From Yuukianura sp. NJ FZ-2021 (Eukaryota), in assembly GCA_046563655.1 (NCBI GenBank), contig CM102290.1, positions 8,184,001 through 8,248,000 of the forward strand: 64,000 bases of DNA. The letters run 5' to 3'. This document shows, piece after piece, positions 40,701 to 53,413 of the stretch (positions are counted from its first letter, which is position 1; every line of letters starts with the position of its first letter). Below the pieces are notes generated by a model. The model worked only from the letters and a program-made list of their open reading frames with translations, did no database searches and had not been told where the DNA came from. A program made the translations under genes and the position numbers.

Positions 40701-43700
40701 TGTTTGGGATCCCATTGAAAGTAGTTCAAATTCTCAATTTTCAGCTCTTCCTGTCAGGCCAATGACATCAATTGAACGAGATTCGAAACAGTTTCCGGAC
40801 GAACCGGAACCAAACATTTCTTATGTCGAGACATTCACACCTTCAGCTCTCTCACGGTCTTGGGATTTGATGCAAAAGCTCGCAACACATCAAAAATTGG
40901 ACATACACAAGAAGGCAGTGACCGTGGAAGAGGAAAAAGCAAATGAGGAACAATGGTCACCAATTTCAGAAACAATGGACTTACCAACAGAGCCAACTCC
41001 TGCAAAGTCATCGTGTCAAAGGACATGGGACGACGAGCCCACCGACGTCATGTCACACAAAGACAAACTTAACCTTGACGATTTGGAACCGAATACTGAA
41101 GAGTATGCGCCGTTATACTTTGAAAAAGCCCGAAATCCCTTCAAATTTACAAAAGTAGAAGAAACTAAACAAGAAACTTCGGTTGCAAAGGATTTAGGCA
41201 GTGAAAAATTAAATGATTGGGAATCAGAGTGGGAGAAAACAAAATTGGAGTTAAGCCGCTTGAATGAGTCCATTGACACTCCAAAATTCAATGAAAAAAA
41301 TTTGATTTTGTTAGACGATTCAAGTTCAAAGATTAACACTAATCCGAAGGGTGGAACAATGTATCCATTTTCGGCTAGAAACTACTTGGATGAAGACAAG
41401 AAAGAATCAAGTTTTAATGGAATGGGCATTTTGAGTAGTGGCGGCACATCCCTAGGACGGTACAATTCTAATCCCGCAGACACTGACCAAGATTCAATTG
41501 GAACCAAAGTATCTCAAACTTGGATTTCATCTTTGGATACTGAAAAACCAAGTAAACATGCGCATGACAATGAACTAAGCACAAGCATTTCGGCGACCAA
41601 GGGTCTCCGAAAAGTGGAATTTTGTAAAACCGAAGTCCACTTTACTCCAGAACCAGGAAAGTTTCATATCGTTGAGTCAGATGAAAACAAGCCATCGACT
41701 GTTCACTTATTTCGGAGAAGAAAAAGAAAAACGAGTATCGAGCGAGGTCAAGTAGATGACATTTATTCACGGGAAACTCAAACGGTAGAAACTGCGCATC
41801 GAAAGGACAATGACCTCGGAAACACCATTTTACAAGAAACTCCTCTTGTACCGGCAAATGATACGAATAATTACAGCCATTTGACCAATGGAATCAAAGA
41901 AAGTCAAAGGTCAAAACCAGAAAAGATGGAACTTTTGTGGAACGAACTTGATGAAATGGATTTTGAAGAAGATCAAATCAAACCCATTCCAAGAACTTCG
42001 TCTTATGAGGAACTAAAAATTCAAAAATATTTGAATCAATTGAGAACATCTTCCAACATGGATTCCTCAAGAGCCATTGTGTCTCATGATCCAAACTACG
42101 CCCACAACCAAAATATCTTAGATAAAGTTCGAGCTGACTATGAAGAGACAGCAGTAGTGGCCGAAGATGAGGATGCTGCGGAGGAGGATGAACTTCATTT
42201 TCGTTACGGATCTTTCGTCCCACTCGCTACTCGCCAAAGTCTAATTGAGATGAACAATCGGAACAGAATGAGCAAGTACAACAACTCCAATGATAGTAAC
42301 CTCAATTCACAAATGTCTGATGTCAGCAGTACAGCCAGTAGTTACTCCCTCCCACACTCAGACCATTCAAAAGACATCTACGCCAAGGCAATTCCGATTC
42401 GGCCATTTGTAAATCTATATGAAGAAGACAACTTGGAACCTCCAGGACGCTACAGATCTTACCAAGATTTTAGAGACCACCAGCATAATACTTTTGGTGA
42501 CAAAGAATCTACGTCCATGATGGAAGATCGTGGCAGAGATCGCTTAAAATCTTTGCGTCTTCAGAGTTATGACGGAAGTTCAGAAAGATTGTCTCAAATT
42601 CCAGAACCGATTTTACCATTTGATCTTCCGCTCAATAACCGAAGTGGACGACGATCATTTTCCGCAAGTCCGATTCGGGAAAGTCTAAAACGACATCCGA
42701 AACCACCAACACCGATACTTCCAATACAGTTTACCACATTTGAAAAAGCAGGAGAAGCCATGCGCTCTCGTCTTATTTCCAAAACACCAAAATGTACGTG
42801 CGCTGCATCTCTCTCCATTAGGCAAGAACAAGAGGATGATGGCATTTACAACTACAACACAGAAAACAAGACTTCTGCTGATCAAATTTTCCTAAAAGCC
42901 TCTGCACTTCCAACTTTGAAAACAGTTGTGAACATTGTAAATGACGATTTGGATGGAACAGAAGTCGAGGATATAAATATTGACAACGGAGCTTCTACCG
43001 GCAATACAACTTCAATTAATCGTTCCATAACTTTTCCAAAGTCAAATCTAGTACTCGAACCTGAATGGGTTTCTAAAGCTAGAGCAAAAGCTAAATCTCG
43101 TGAAACTGGTGGAATTGAATGGACACAAATTGGTAGATATCAAATGGTCAAAACTAATCCAGAAACGAATAATATCCATCCACCATGGATTTCTGAATTG
43201 AAAATCCGTAGTCGCCACAGTCCAATTACTGATGACTCAGTTCCAAAACCAACAATTGTTTATCCCTGGCAGAGAGACATTATTGATAAATCAAACGGGC
43301 ATTTGGAAGAACACAACGAAATTGTGGATCCGCCTGAACAAATTTCTGTATTCTACACTCCTGCAATTTCTCCACAGAGTCCATCGACTGAACTTTTGAT
43401 CAAACCTACATTCAAATCCACATCAATTATTTCATCTTCAGCCAACAATAGAAGTATTGTGGATCTGAATCGAGATTTGGAAAGTATTACAATTAATCCT
43501 AATCAAATTGAATTGGCAGAAGATGATGACGGTGTTGCTACACCCAAAAATACAACATTGGTTGTAAATCCACCTAAACCTTATGGAAGTATCACTGGCC
43601 GTGGAGGGAATAAGGCCAGGCGCAACAGTTCCAATTCTGCAAGTGGTAAAGCTTCACCGAACCGAACCGAATCCAGAACAAACGAAAAGAAAGTTTCAAA

Positions 43701-44430
43701 AACCGGAGGTGAAAGTGACCATAGCGGTCGAAAACCGCTTCAAACTTCAACCAGCGTCAATCAAAATTTGACCAGAGTTGGCACACCCGAAAATGGAGGT
43801 GGTGGAGAAAGTAGTCAAAAGCCGAAAACGCCACCGAAACCACCAAAACCACCACAAAGAATTAGTTCTTTACTAAAATCTACTACCGTACTGAATACGA
43901 ATGCTAGTCTTGAAAAAAAGAAAAAACTGGGGTCAACTGCTAAAAAATCAAGTAGTACCCTGACACAAAATGGTGTTGACTCTGTCACTATTCTTGGTGA
44001 CACGTCTAGAACGCCATCATCATCCTCGTCTCCCACTATTCATCGCCATCCTACCGTCAAAATTTCTAAGCTGCCCATGCGTAATAGCTCCATGGTTACC
44101 AAGTCACCAAGTCCTGACGCTATGGAACCAATGAAGAAAAAATCACACGGTAAAATTAACATAGACATCTCAGTATTTTATAGCTTTTTCGGATTTTTAA
44201 AAACCGAACTTTAAAAAAAACCCAACTTTCAACTTAACATTTGAAACAGGGCCACTGACCTTTGACTTCTTCTTTTTTCAGTTCTACTGATGACAGAAGC
44301 GAAACGGATTTGTAAGGGCAAACCAACTAAATCTGTCACTGAAACTAGAGGCCTAACGCCCAAGGCGTTACGCCAACCAAGTCCAGTGTCATCATCCTCT
44401 TCAGCGTCTCCTCAACAAAGGAAGAGATGA
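37714..44430 (+). CDS. Uncharacterised ~1,540-aa Ser/Thr/Pro-rich, probably intrinsically disordered protein
   Basis: Phase-consistent exons: 37714-37941, 38414-38632, 39775-39861, 40222-44149 (a 3.9-kb exon containing the 1308-aa ORF), 44282-44430. No globular domain recognised. Contains RKVEF, an RVxF-type motif. Confidence 0.8.
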
Positions 44431-46555
44431 ACTGAAAGATGCGATAACAACATTTCTTTTGTTTCTATTAAATTCTGAGAAGATCTCAGTTCTTCCTGGA
44501 ATTCCTAATTTTTGACTTCACAATTTTAACGCACACCATCAATTTAAATCGCAATTTCTTATAGCATTTAAATAAAAATGGTAACGTTGCATCTTCTTAC
44601 AACTAAAGGTAATGGAGAATAAACTGCGACTAATGCAATTTGGAATAAAGCCAATTAATTTGTTCCCATCTAGAATGTCCTAGAATAAGTAATTTCCAAA
44701 ACACAAAGTACTACAAGTTCCACCACACCCACTTACACCCTCCAGGTTAAAACACAACCATTGCATTGCATCCTTGTCCTTGAACATTTGGCATGGTTCA
44801 ATGGCAGTAAAGTACTAAAATCTTATATAGTCTTATTGTTGTACTAGTCTTACGTCTTCCCTCATCTTCATCTCTGGATCTCCTCTTTTAAGAAGCAAAT
44901 CATACCCAAAAGGTACAAAGTGAACGTCGCTTTTGTTAGTTTATGTTTCCTAGCCCACTTTAGCAAGGAACAAAAAGAATAAGAAAAGAAAAAGTAAAGT
45001 TGAGGTCAAGGTCATTTGGATCCAAAATCTCAAGGATCACGGTCCATAGGCAGATTCATCGGTCAAAGTAAGTTACAAAGTCACTCATTGTACCCCCACT
45101 TAGCATTGTATTGTACCTCTTATAGAAATAGCACGCGGGAAATTCAAAAATCATAAATGTACATTGGACCCCCAAACTTAGGTCAGGCTTATGTCTAGTC
45201 AATCCTAGCCAAGGGTTACCATAAAACTGTGGAATTTTTGAATTTGACACTTCGCGGGCACTGTATATGGTTACGCTACTAACGTTTGCATGGGGGGTAC
45301 AACTCGTGACCAAAAAGGCTACTTCAACCGAATCATTTCTAAGCCACGCTGCAAGTGATTATTGTCAAAAGAAGTCTGTAAGCTAAGCACAGGAGATTCT
45401 AATAGCGTCGTCAGAAAATTCTTAATCGCATTGTCACTTTCTAGAACAACATTCAAGACAAACCACAACGTAGTCAGCCGTGCTTGCTTTATTCTACAAA
45501 ATATCAGGTTAGCTAAAATCAAAATTTGAAAACAAAACAGTTTACAATTGGAAACAACACTAAACGCTGCCCTACCCACCTATGCACTTAGCAAGCAACC
45601 TAATAAACCAAACCAAGTAACTTTTTAACGCAACTTTGTTTTCATTTTTAACATTGCTAACGAAGTGCGCAATCTCCACAAAATATACTCAAGGACGAGC
45701 GCTGCCATGCATGACTTTAGGTTTTGTGGTTAATAAGGTTATAATGATGATTGCTGCCATACTAAAAGACTATAAAGTACCAAAATATTTTTGTCATAGC
45801 TGTGTGCTAAACGCGTTGTTGAATCTGGATCTCTCAAAACAAACCACAATGGAAACATTAGTTTGCGGTTTAACAAAGGAAATATTCCCGTTTGGTTCAA
45901 ACTAACTTTAGTGTTGGCAAGTAATCCATAATAATAATAATTCAGTTTGCTATAAATTACGTTTGTAATATCTGGCACGTCATGCATGACATAAACTCCT
46001 ATTTCATAAGGCTGTTAACCTTTTTAGCAAACAAAGTCAGCAGATTAAGCGTATAGTCTGCAAACTTTAATGGAATACAAAAGAGAGTCTGGAAATTTAA
46101 CTCATCTTCTCACTTTACCAAGGTACATTCTAGGACCAAATTCAGTTAGAAGTAGTTTAGATGTCAAGCAGTAGCAGTTTAATTATTGCAAAGTGCAACA
46201 TCAATTAATTGTTAAAATTGTTCTTATTTTTGAAATCCTTGTATTTACAGACATTGAAAACTATATTTTTAGTACACTTTTCATGAAGCAATAGGTTAAA
46301 GTTGAAAAAGAGTGGATAAATTTTCTTCGCCTGGTTTGTATTATACTTAGCAACCTTCCGTATCTTAATTTGACCTTTGGTTTTTATCTATTGTAGAGGG
46401 CGGACACGCTTAACACTTTAGCTGCATCAGTCATCAGCAAAAACTGCATCACCGAACATCAACCACAAGCTTACGTCTAAAAACGGACATTTATTGACGA
46501 ATCCTGTACCAATCCTGTGTAAACCAGCTTAACAACAAGCAAACAATTTTTGAAA

Positions 46556-47552
46556 ATGGCTGAACCACAAGACGAGGTCAACGTGGTGGGAACGTACAAG
46601 TTGGAACGCAACGAAAATTTGGAAGAGTACTTCAAAGTCGTTGGTAACAATTGACCAGTACAAGTTAATTATGTCGCCATTTCGTAAGATCTGAGAAAAT
46701 TTCTATTCAAAAATTAATTTTTGAATTCAATTTGAAAATAACTCAAGGTGTACCGTACTTTGCTCGGAAGATGATGCTGTCTTCATCACCAGTGATGACC
46801 GTGACCTACGAAGAGGACACTGAAACCTGGGTATTCAAAACCGTCACATTCTTCCGAACGGTTATCCTTAGCTTCAAACTGGACGAACCCTACTCAGAGG
46901 ACATGCCAAGCGGAGATGTTTTGGAAGTAAGCATCATCTTTTAAAAAAAACTACAATTTAGTAAACATATTTCAAAATTCTAAGATTAAAAAAATATGCT
47001 CAGAGCGTAACTACCAGGGATGGACCACATACATTCATAACCAAGAGCAAGCATGAGCGTATTGGAGACTTTGAACGGACTTTTGACTTCTATAAAGACG
47101 AACTTGTGATCGTAAGTTACAAAAAAACGAAATGAAAATAATACTAGCACGCCATTTCGCCGAATGAATTACTGCAACGAAACGAATTATCTCGAAAAGT
47201 AAACTAGCGAAAGGTTATTTTAAAGTAAAATTAGGTAAGCTTATGTCAGAAATCATAAAGTTAGATTTGGTTAGGCTAAATATCATTAGGTTAGATTTGA
47301 TTAAGCTCGAAATCATTAAGGTTTAGGGTTTGTTTGCTTAACAGCTACTTTCGCAGTAAGCTGACTGTCGAAGTACCTAATTCATTCGCAGTAATTCGTT
47401 TCGCAGGAATTCATTCGACAAAATCGCATGGAACCAGCCAAAGCAAACTTAAAATGAAACCAGTGTTCTCAAAATTTCGTTTTTCAAAAAAATAGACCAT
47501 GAAACATTCCAAGGGTGTTCAAGCTAAGCGTTACTTCAAACGAACTTCTTGA
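46556..47552 (+). CDS. Fabp: Intracellular fatty-acid-binding protein (FABP/iLBP, calycin superfamily)
   Basis: Exons 46556-46643, 46748-46926, 47004-47111 and 47496-47552 give the classic 4-exon/3-intron iLBP layout. Motifs: GTYKLERNENLEEYFKVVGV, SFKLDEPYSE, AKRYFKR. Confidence 0.9.
47150..47433. mobile_element. MITE-like element in FABP intron 3
   Basis: Left end gccatttcgccgaatgaattactgcaacgaaacgaatta matches the reverse complement of the right end, gcgattttgtcgaatgaattcctgcgaaacgaatta. Internal ggttag-like repeats are present. Confidence 0.65.
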
Positions 47553-48387
47553 ATTCTACAAGGACTGCCATTTCGACCGGAATACTGGATACGCTGAACC
47601 TACAAATACTTCGCAACAACCAACTCCTCAAGCCTATAATAAACATACTCTGGAAAAGGTGTTTCATGAAAATCTCAAAAAATAATCTTCGAAGTTTAAA
47701 AACTTCTGCTTAATTCTTTAAATTGTATTTACTGCTAAAAGACTAAGGTGAAGGATAAACTGTTCAAAAAATTGGCCCACAATCAATCAATTCGGACAAG
47801 TGGAGAAGATACATTATGGACAGAAAATGTTAAGTTACCAACAAACTATAGTAATTTAGACAAAGTTCAACTTCCAATGTATATCAATCCTGAGAGAGAC
47901 AATATTGGTAAACATGATACTTGAATCAAGTAACACTTACTCACTAAATAAGTAACGTACACGTACTTTTAGTGTAATTAATTGTTACAATCAGCCATTA
48001 AATGTATCAACAATGTTCAAAATGTTGGGCAAGATACTCTCAATCAGTACCGCTAGTTATGTAACTAACATTTACTTTGCTCTTCTTGGATTCAATTCCT
48101 TTCGTTAAACAATTGAAATTACTGAACTCAACTAATTCTAAATCAATTTCATAACCAAAACAAACAATCCAAAATCCAAGTAAGTCCAATGCATTTCGAA
48201 AACAAATCGAAAAACATTTTATAAAGAGCTAAACCACACAAGCGTCAAGTATAACCAATTCTGAATCTGGCTAGGTCAAAAAATTTTCTAAATCTAAGGA
48301 TTTAGTAACCCATAAGATTGGAGTTGAATTAATCTAGTAAATTGTGCAATTTTTTTTAACTAACGAAAAGGCGACATTCCGTCCACT

Positions 48388-51300
48388 TTAGTTGTTTCCC
48401 ATTCCCATTGCCGTAGCAAACAGAACTTTCCCCTTCTTCCGCCCTTTCTTCTTCCCGGCAGAAGAACTTTGCTCCGAACTGTCACCAGCAGTAGCAGCAG
48501 CAATTTCGTTCAGATTAAAATTGGCAACTGCAGACGCAATCGCATCTGAAAATCTTGTTCGAAATCCTAAGATTTCACTTTCCTCTTGCTCACTTTCTCT
48601 TTCAGAACTCATTGTCTTCCCAGAGACGCTTGACTCCAAAGGAGACTTGCTTTTGCTGACAGGAGCAATGGGCGGCTTAGATTGCGAACGAGTATTCAAA
48701 GCCTGAGTACAAAGTAGTACTTAAGTTAAAGCAAGTCGAAAGCATCATTTAGAAATAACGCAGAAGTACGTAACAAAAAAATGCATCTTACCTGGGCAAA
48801 GGAGAGAGATGGAATTGGACGCTTCGGTATTTCCAGTGGTGGATATGCACGACGAGGTGGTGCGTCGGAAAACATCAGAAATTCGGAACTGAACGACGAA
48901 CCAGCGCTGGAATCTGAACGCCTTGCGCTCTCCTTACCTTTGTCGTAGTCACTATAACCCAGAGATGCTTGAATCGCATGTTCCAGTGCCTGTGCTTCCT
49001 CTTCTGCGGTTCGGTAATTGGGAAAGTCGGAAAGGCTTTCAATCTGCATGAGAAAAATAAATATCAGTTTGCACATTATTTTAAGAGATTAAACTTCTAA
49101 ACAATAAATATGTTAGACAATTACCTTTGGCTTGTCGGGTTCAAGGTGTGCCAGACGTTCAGCTTCTTGTTGCAGTCTTTCTCGCCGTCTCTCCGCCCGA
49201 GCACGTTCTGAGCGTCGCCTCTTCCGTTCGTTCAGCTGATTGCTAAATTCAACAAGCACATCCTTCGTAACGGTTCCTTTGAGGTCAACTTCCAGTAGTT
49301 GAATTGAAGAATTTAGCGGGACGTGTTGGAGAAATTTAAATCGTTTTCGTAGCTCGGCAGTGACATTTAGCAATTCAATTTCAACCACGCGCAACGCAAC
49401 GGTATACGGCCATAGAGCTGGATCCGGCCCAAAATGTTTCCAAAGCATAGCCATATTCAGTGGAGACATAAATGTATTTGATCCGTCGGCGGCTAGAAAA
49501 AGATTATTAATTACTCTTGCTAGAGAAGCAAAGTGAACAATTCCTTCGCAAATTGAATGCTCACCTTGATAAAAACAGGCGTACTCATCCCAATTGATTG
49601 GGACTTCGTTTGCAGGAGCGGGCTCAGCCTTGGAGATATCAATACTCGTCGCGCCTAACACATTGGCTTCGTCCAAAGACAGTCCAGTTCCACCACACAT
49701 CTCTCCAGTTGGAATCTGTAAGTAAATAGTCCTAGCTTTTAAGTATCCAGAGTCAAATAAGAAGCCCGGTGGTTGGACGAGAGTAAAAAAAAATACGTCT
49801 AACTTACTTCGTCCTCTTTGTCAATAGAACCTCCAACTTTGTCCATCCAATTCTTCCTCCTCGTCTCCAACTCCGTAATCGCAGCCAAAACGAATTCAGT
49901 CTCTAAAGACTCCATGGTGCAGTCCAGCTGCATGATTAATTCCGTATGTTCTCTGTCCAATACTTCTGATTGTACCTGTCAATATGAACGAAACGATCAA
50001 ACAATCACAAACGTATCCAACCAATTGCATATAGATATAGACATCCAGCAGCAGTGCTCATTTGTTTCTAACCTGCTCTACTTTATAGGAAAATTTCAAA
50101 ACATTTCCTACAAAACATACGCACGAAGATTTTGATTTTCCAAAGAAAATATTTCACTCAACTCATGAGATGAGGTAAAGTGTACTCAACGCTTTGGAAA
50201 TCCATCCAACATTCACGAATGGTGGTTATATCTCAAGACTAAATCAATAGCTAACCTGTTGGGGTGTCAAGCGAAGTAGCTTTTGAAATTGCTTGTCCAC
50301 AACACAGCCATCCATTTTGGAATTAACCGGAACGGAGCAGGAGTCGGAACAATCTTTCTTACGGCACATTAATTGCATCTTCACTGAATCCCCAACGTGG
50401 ACTTCATCGACCAAGTTAGCTACGACACTGTAATTATCGGTTAATTAGAAGTATTGTAATACATGGTACTAGTTCGATTGTTTTCCTCAACTGAAGTATA
50501 TGTTGAATCAAACTTGAATTGAATACCTTTTCAGTTCCAGCGCATTTATCAAATGAAAGCAGATTGGACAAGGTTGCGAATGACGACCATCGCCATATGA
50601 GAAGTAGCGCAGTATGCAAGACCAACAAAAAACGTGTCCGCATTTGGTTATTTTCGCAGCCGAAGGAGAGCATAGGCAAATAGGGCATGATGGAGTTCCT
50701 CCGTAAGTCCGAATGATCTAAAGTGGTCAAATCATCGTTTTTAAATACTATTTAACACACAGGAAGTAGGAACATTGTGGATTGTGATAATAGCATACAA
50801 TCTGTTCCACTGATTTCCAATTGATAGGCAAGTCCACATGATACTGAATCTCATCATCGGACACCACAAACTGGCAACTTGGAGTAAACAGAAGACATAG
50901 ATTGTCAAATTCATAACATAACATTTACTAAATCTAACACTTACTTGGCTTGCACAAAACTGTCATGATGGAGCTGTTTAGAGCGAGCAATCGGGCGAGC
51001 GGGATGATGAAACAGATGACCTGCTGGTCGTCCTTGCGATTCGCGGGGAGTGAAGTGGAAGTTGAGGAGGTGAACCAGATTCTGTTTTTTGCTTCCAGGC
51101 AATTGTAGGCTTCCAACTTCGGCTGGCTGATTCCCGCCATCACTGTCTTTGTCATCTACCTACACAACGAATAGCAAATAATAATAGTAATGAGGATTAT
51201 CACGTTTCACAATTGGACGCAATTGCAATGCAAAAGACTTGCTAACCTGTTGGAGTACACTCGTAGTCTTTCCTTTCCGATTTCCTTTCGATGATTGGTT

Positions 51301-51492
51301 CTTCTGACTTGATGATTCTGGTTTGAAATTGATAACTGTTTGTGCTGCTGGTCCATCTCGTCGCTGTCGCCGATGGGGTTTAGATTTGGAGTAGGGAACT
51401 GCCAGAGCCTGATTTCCAGTCCCGGAACCTGGTACATCTGAGGATTTCAGAGAATGATTAACGTTAGTACAAGAATGTTCTTCCACCTTCAT
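48388..51492 (-). CDS. RNF10: RING finger protein 10 (Mag2/RNF10 E3 ubiquitin ligase)
   Basis: Exons: 51492-51247, 51159-50945, 50877-50799, 50717-50527, 50427-50256, 49975-49808, 49715-49565, 49492-49125, 49043-48792, 48702-48388. Motifs: SKKQNLVHLLNFHF, FVQANCQFVV, C3HC4 RING (CPICL..KCGHVFCWSCI..CPIC), FYQAADG..FMSPLN, LRKRFKFLQHVPL, C-terminal KKKGRKKGKVLFAT. Confidence 0.93.
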
Positions 51493-52585
51493 TGATAACA
51501 TTATTAATTAGCAGCCAATAAGAAACATTGGATTTCCAGTATCTAACTGCATCCAATAAAGGAACTACCATTATTCCCGGAAAACCTCGTAAATCGAGCG
51601 ACCAATGACAAGTCACCCAAAACCCAGCACTCGTTGAATTCAACAAATACTCGGTACGACTGTTGTTAAGGTAACTACAGCGTTAAGTAATCGTAATCGT
51701 GCAAACGGAATACTCATTGGTCGTATAAAGCTGTCAATGAGTTGAGTCAGACAAACTGCTCACTTTCCTCTAATCGTTCCGCTTACTCCCCAACAATAAA
51801 TAAGCAAAGCATGACCGGTACAAAGTACCCAGTATCCAGCAAACGACATGTACACACCGATACCGATTCCACAGTGGACATTAAAATTATAGTGTCTTAC
51901 CTTGTCGTTGTCTAGAAGATCCATCGATTTGCATGAGGCACCCTTTGGGTGCATATAATTTTTTCTCCATCGAATCTTCTAGTAGTAGTGTTGAATTTTT
52001 GCTCATATAAGGACCCCACAGGGGATAGGTAACCTGATCCTTGCTTCATAGTTTCTTGTCGATTTAGAATTGAGCCATGGTACCAAAATCAAAGATTAAT
52101 AGATTCTTTGTTGTATTCCAATTGAAAATGTTGGGTTGATAGCTTGACGGATAGAAACGCCAAAGAGCTTCAGTTGAAGCCAAAGAGACCCTGTTGTTGG
52201 TGTCCCTTCCTAAGTCCAAGATGACCAGTTGACTGGGTATATCGTTGTTAAACTTCGCTTCCTGAAAGAACGACGGACATTTAGTACGTTAGCTATATAT
52301 GCATTGACTTATCGACTACAACTGATTGATTAATTCATTAATTGATTTTTAAAGTAATTCATTACGGAAGTAAAAAAGTAAAGCTCACCAATCCTCCAGT
52401 ATCACCTTCACTCTGCTACCTAGAAAATCATGGACACGGAGTGTGAGAGCGATCCAGGGAACACTGCGAAAGGGGAGGGTAAACGGGTCTGCTAAAAATA
52501 AACCCTGTAGCATAGAAAACAATGGTCGACATAACGTATAACCACAATCATTGTAGCCGCACAGCACAGCGACTCCTCAGTGTTG

Positions 52586-52977
52586 TTGGATATCCACTTT
52601 TTTTTATCATTTGGTCCGGGTGATATTCTGATATCCACTGGATAAATGAATACATCTCGATAAAATCTAGTATCCTTCGGACGAAATTGAGTTTCATCCG
52701 GAAGAAACCAATAAAATCCGTATCCACCACTTTCTAGGATAGCGGAAGAAACATTTTATCCATCCAACAACACTGTGACTCCTGCCATCTTGTGCGGCTT
52801 TTGGTATTGGCGGATGGATAAAACGTTTCTTCCATCTCAGTCAAATTTGTGGAAGTATCCGGATTTAATTGGAAATATTCAATTTATCCAGCCATTTCAT
52901 GCGGATTAAACTGGACGAAATCCAATATACACCGGATATCTACTGGATAAAATATCGAAAAAGAAGATAATCCACAA
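52586..52977. repeat. Degenerate palindromic, MITE-like repeat
   Basis: Inner arms ~52708-52767 and ~52811-52873 are inverted (ggaagaaacattttatccatcc / ggatggataaaacgtttcttcc). The left half is homologous to 58868-59048. Confidence 0.7.
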
Positions 52978-53413
52978 TAGGCAGTTGCAGCTACACCTAT
53001 TGGTCCCATTTGTAACAGCTCAAACCTAAAAAAAACTTTCCTAAAGTGGCAAAATAAGTAGCGTACAGCGTTGCCACCCATTGTAACCGCAAAAGGGGTT
53101 TCCGTGTGGTTGCAATGACTGTTTGTAAACCTTACCCCCAACCAAAGCTATCGTAAAGCGGATGAAATTGCCAAACTATAAATTACAAAAACAAACTATT
53201 TAAAACAACACTCAGCCACGTTATTATTGAAATATTTATTTATTATTAATCAAACTATTACATTACCGGTACTTTAGCACGTTTTAAGGGTTAAAGTTAT
53301 AACTTTATTTTATTTTCATGTACTCTCGCTTAATTTTAAACATTTTTTTTGTGGAGTTTATTTATTTTTTGCCATTTTGCAACATTTGAATACAATGGCA
53401 ATTGGAAATTTGA

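Noticed and set aside
40835..44036. Multiple antisense and alternate-frame ORFs
   Set aside because: Shadows of the 3.9-kb coding exon. The same applies to ORFs overlapping the AdoR, RNF10, IR and chascon-like exons.
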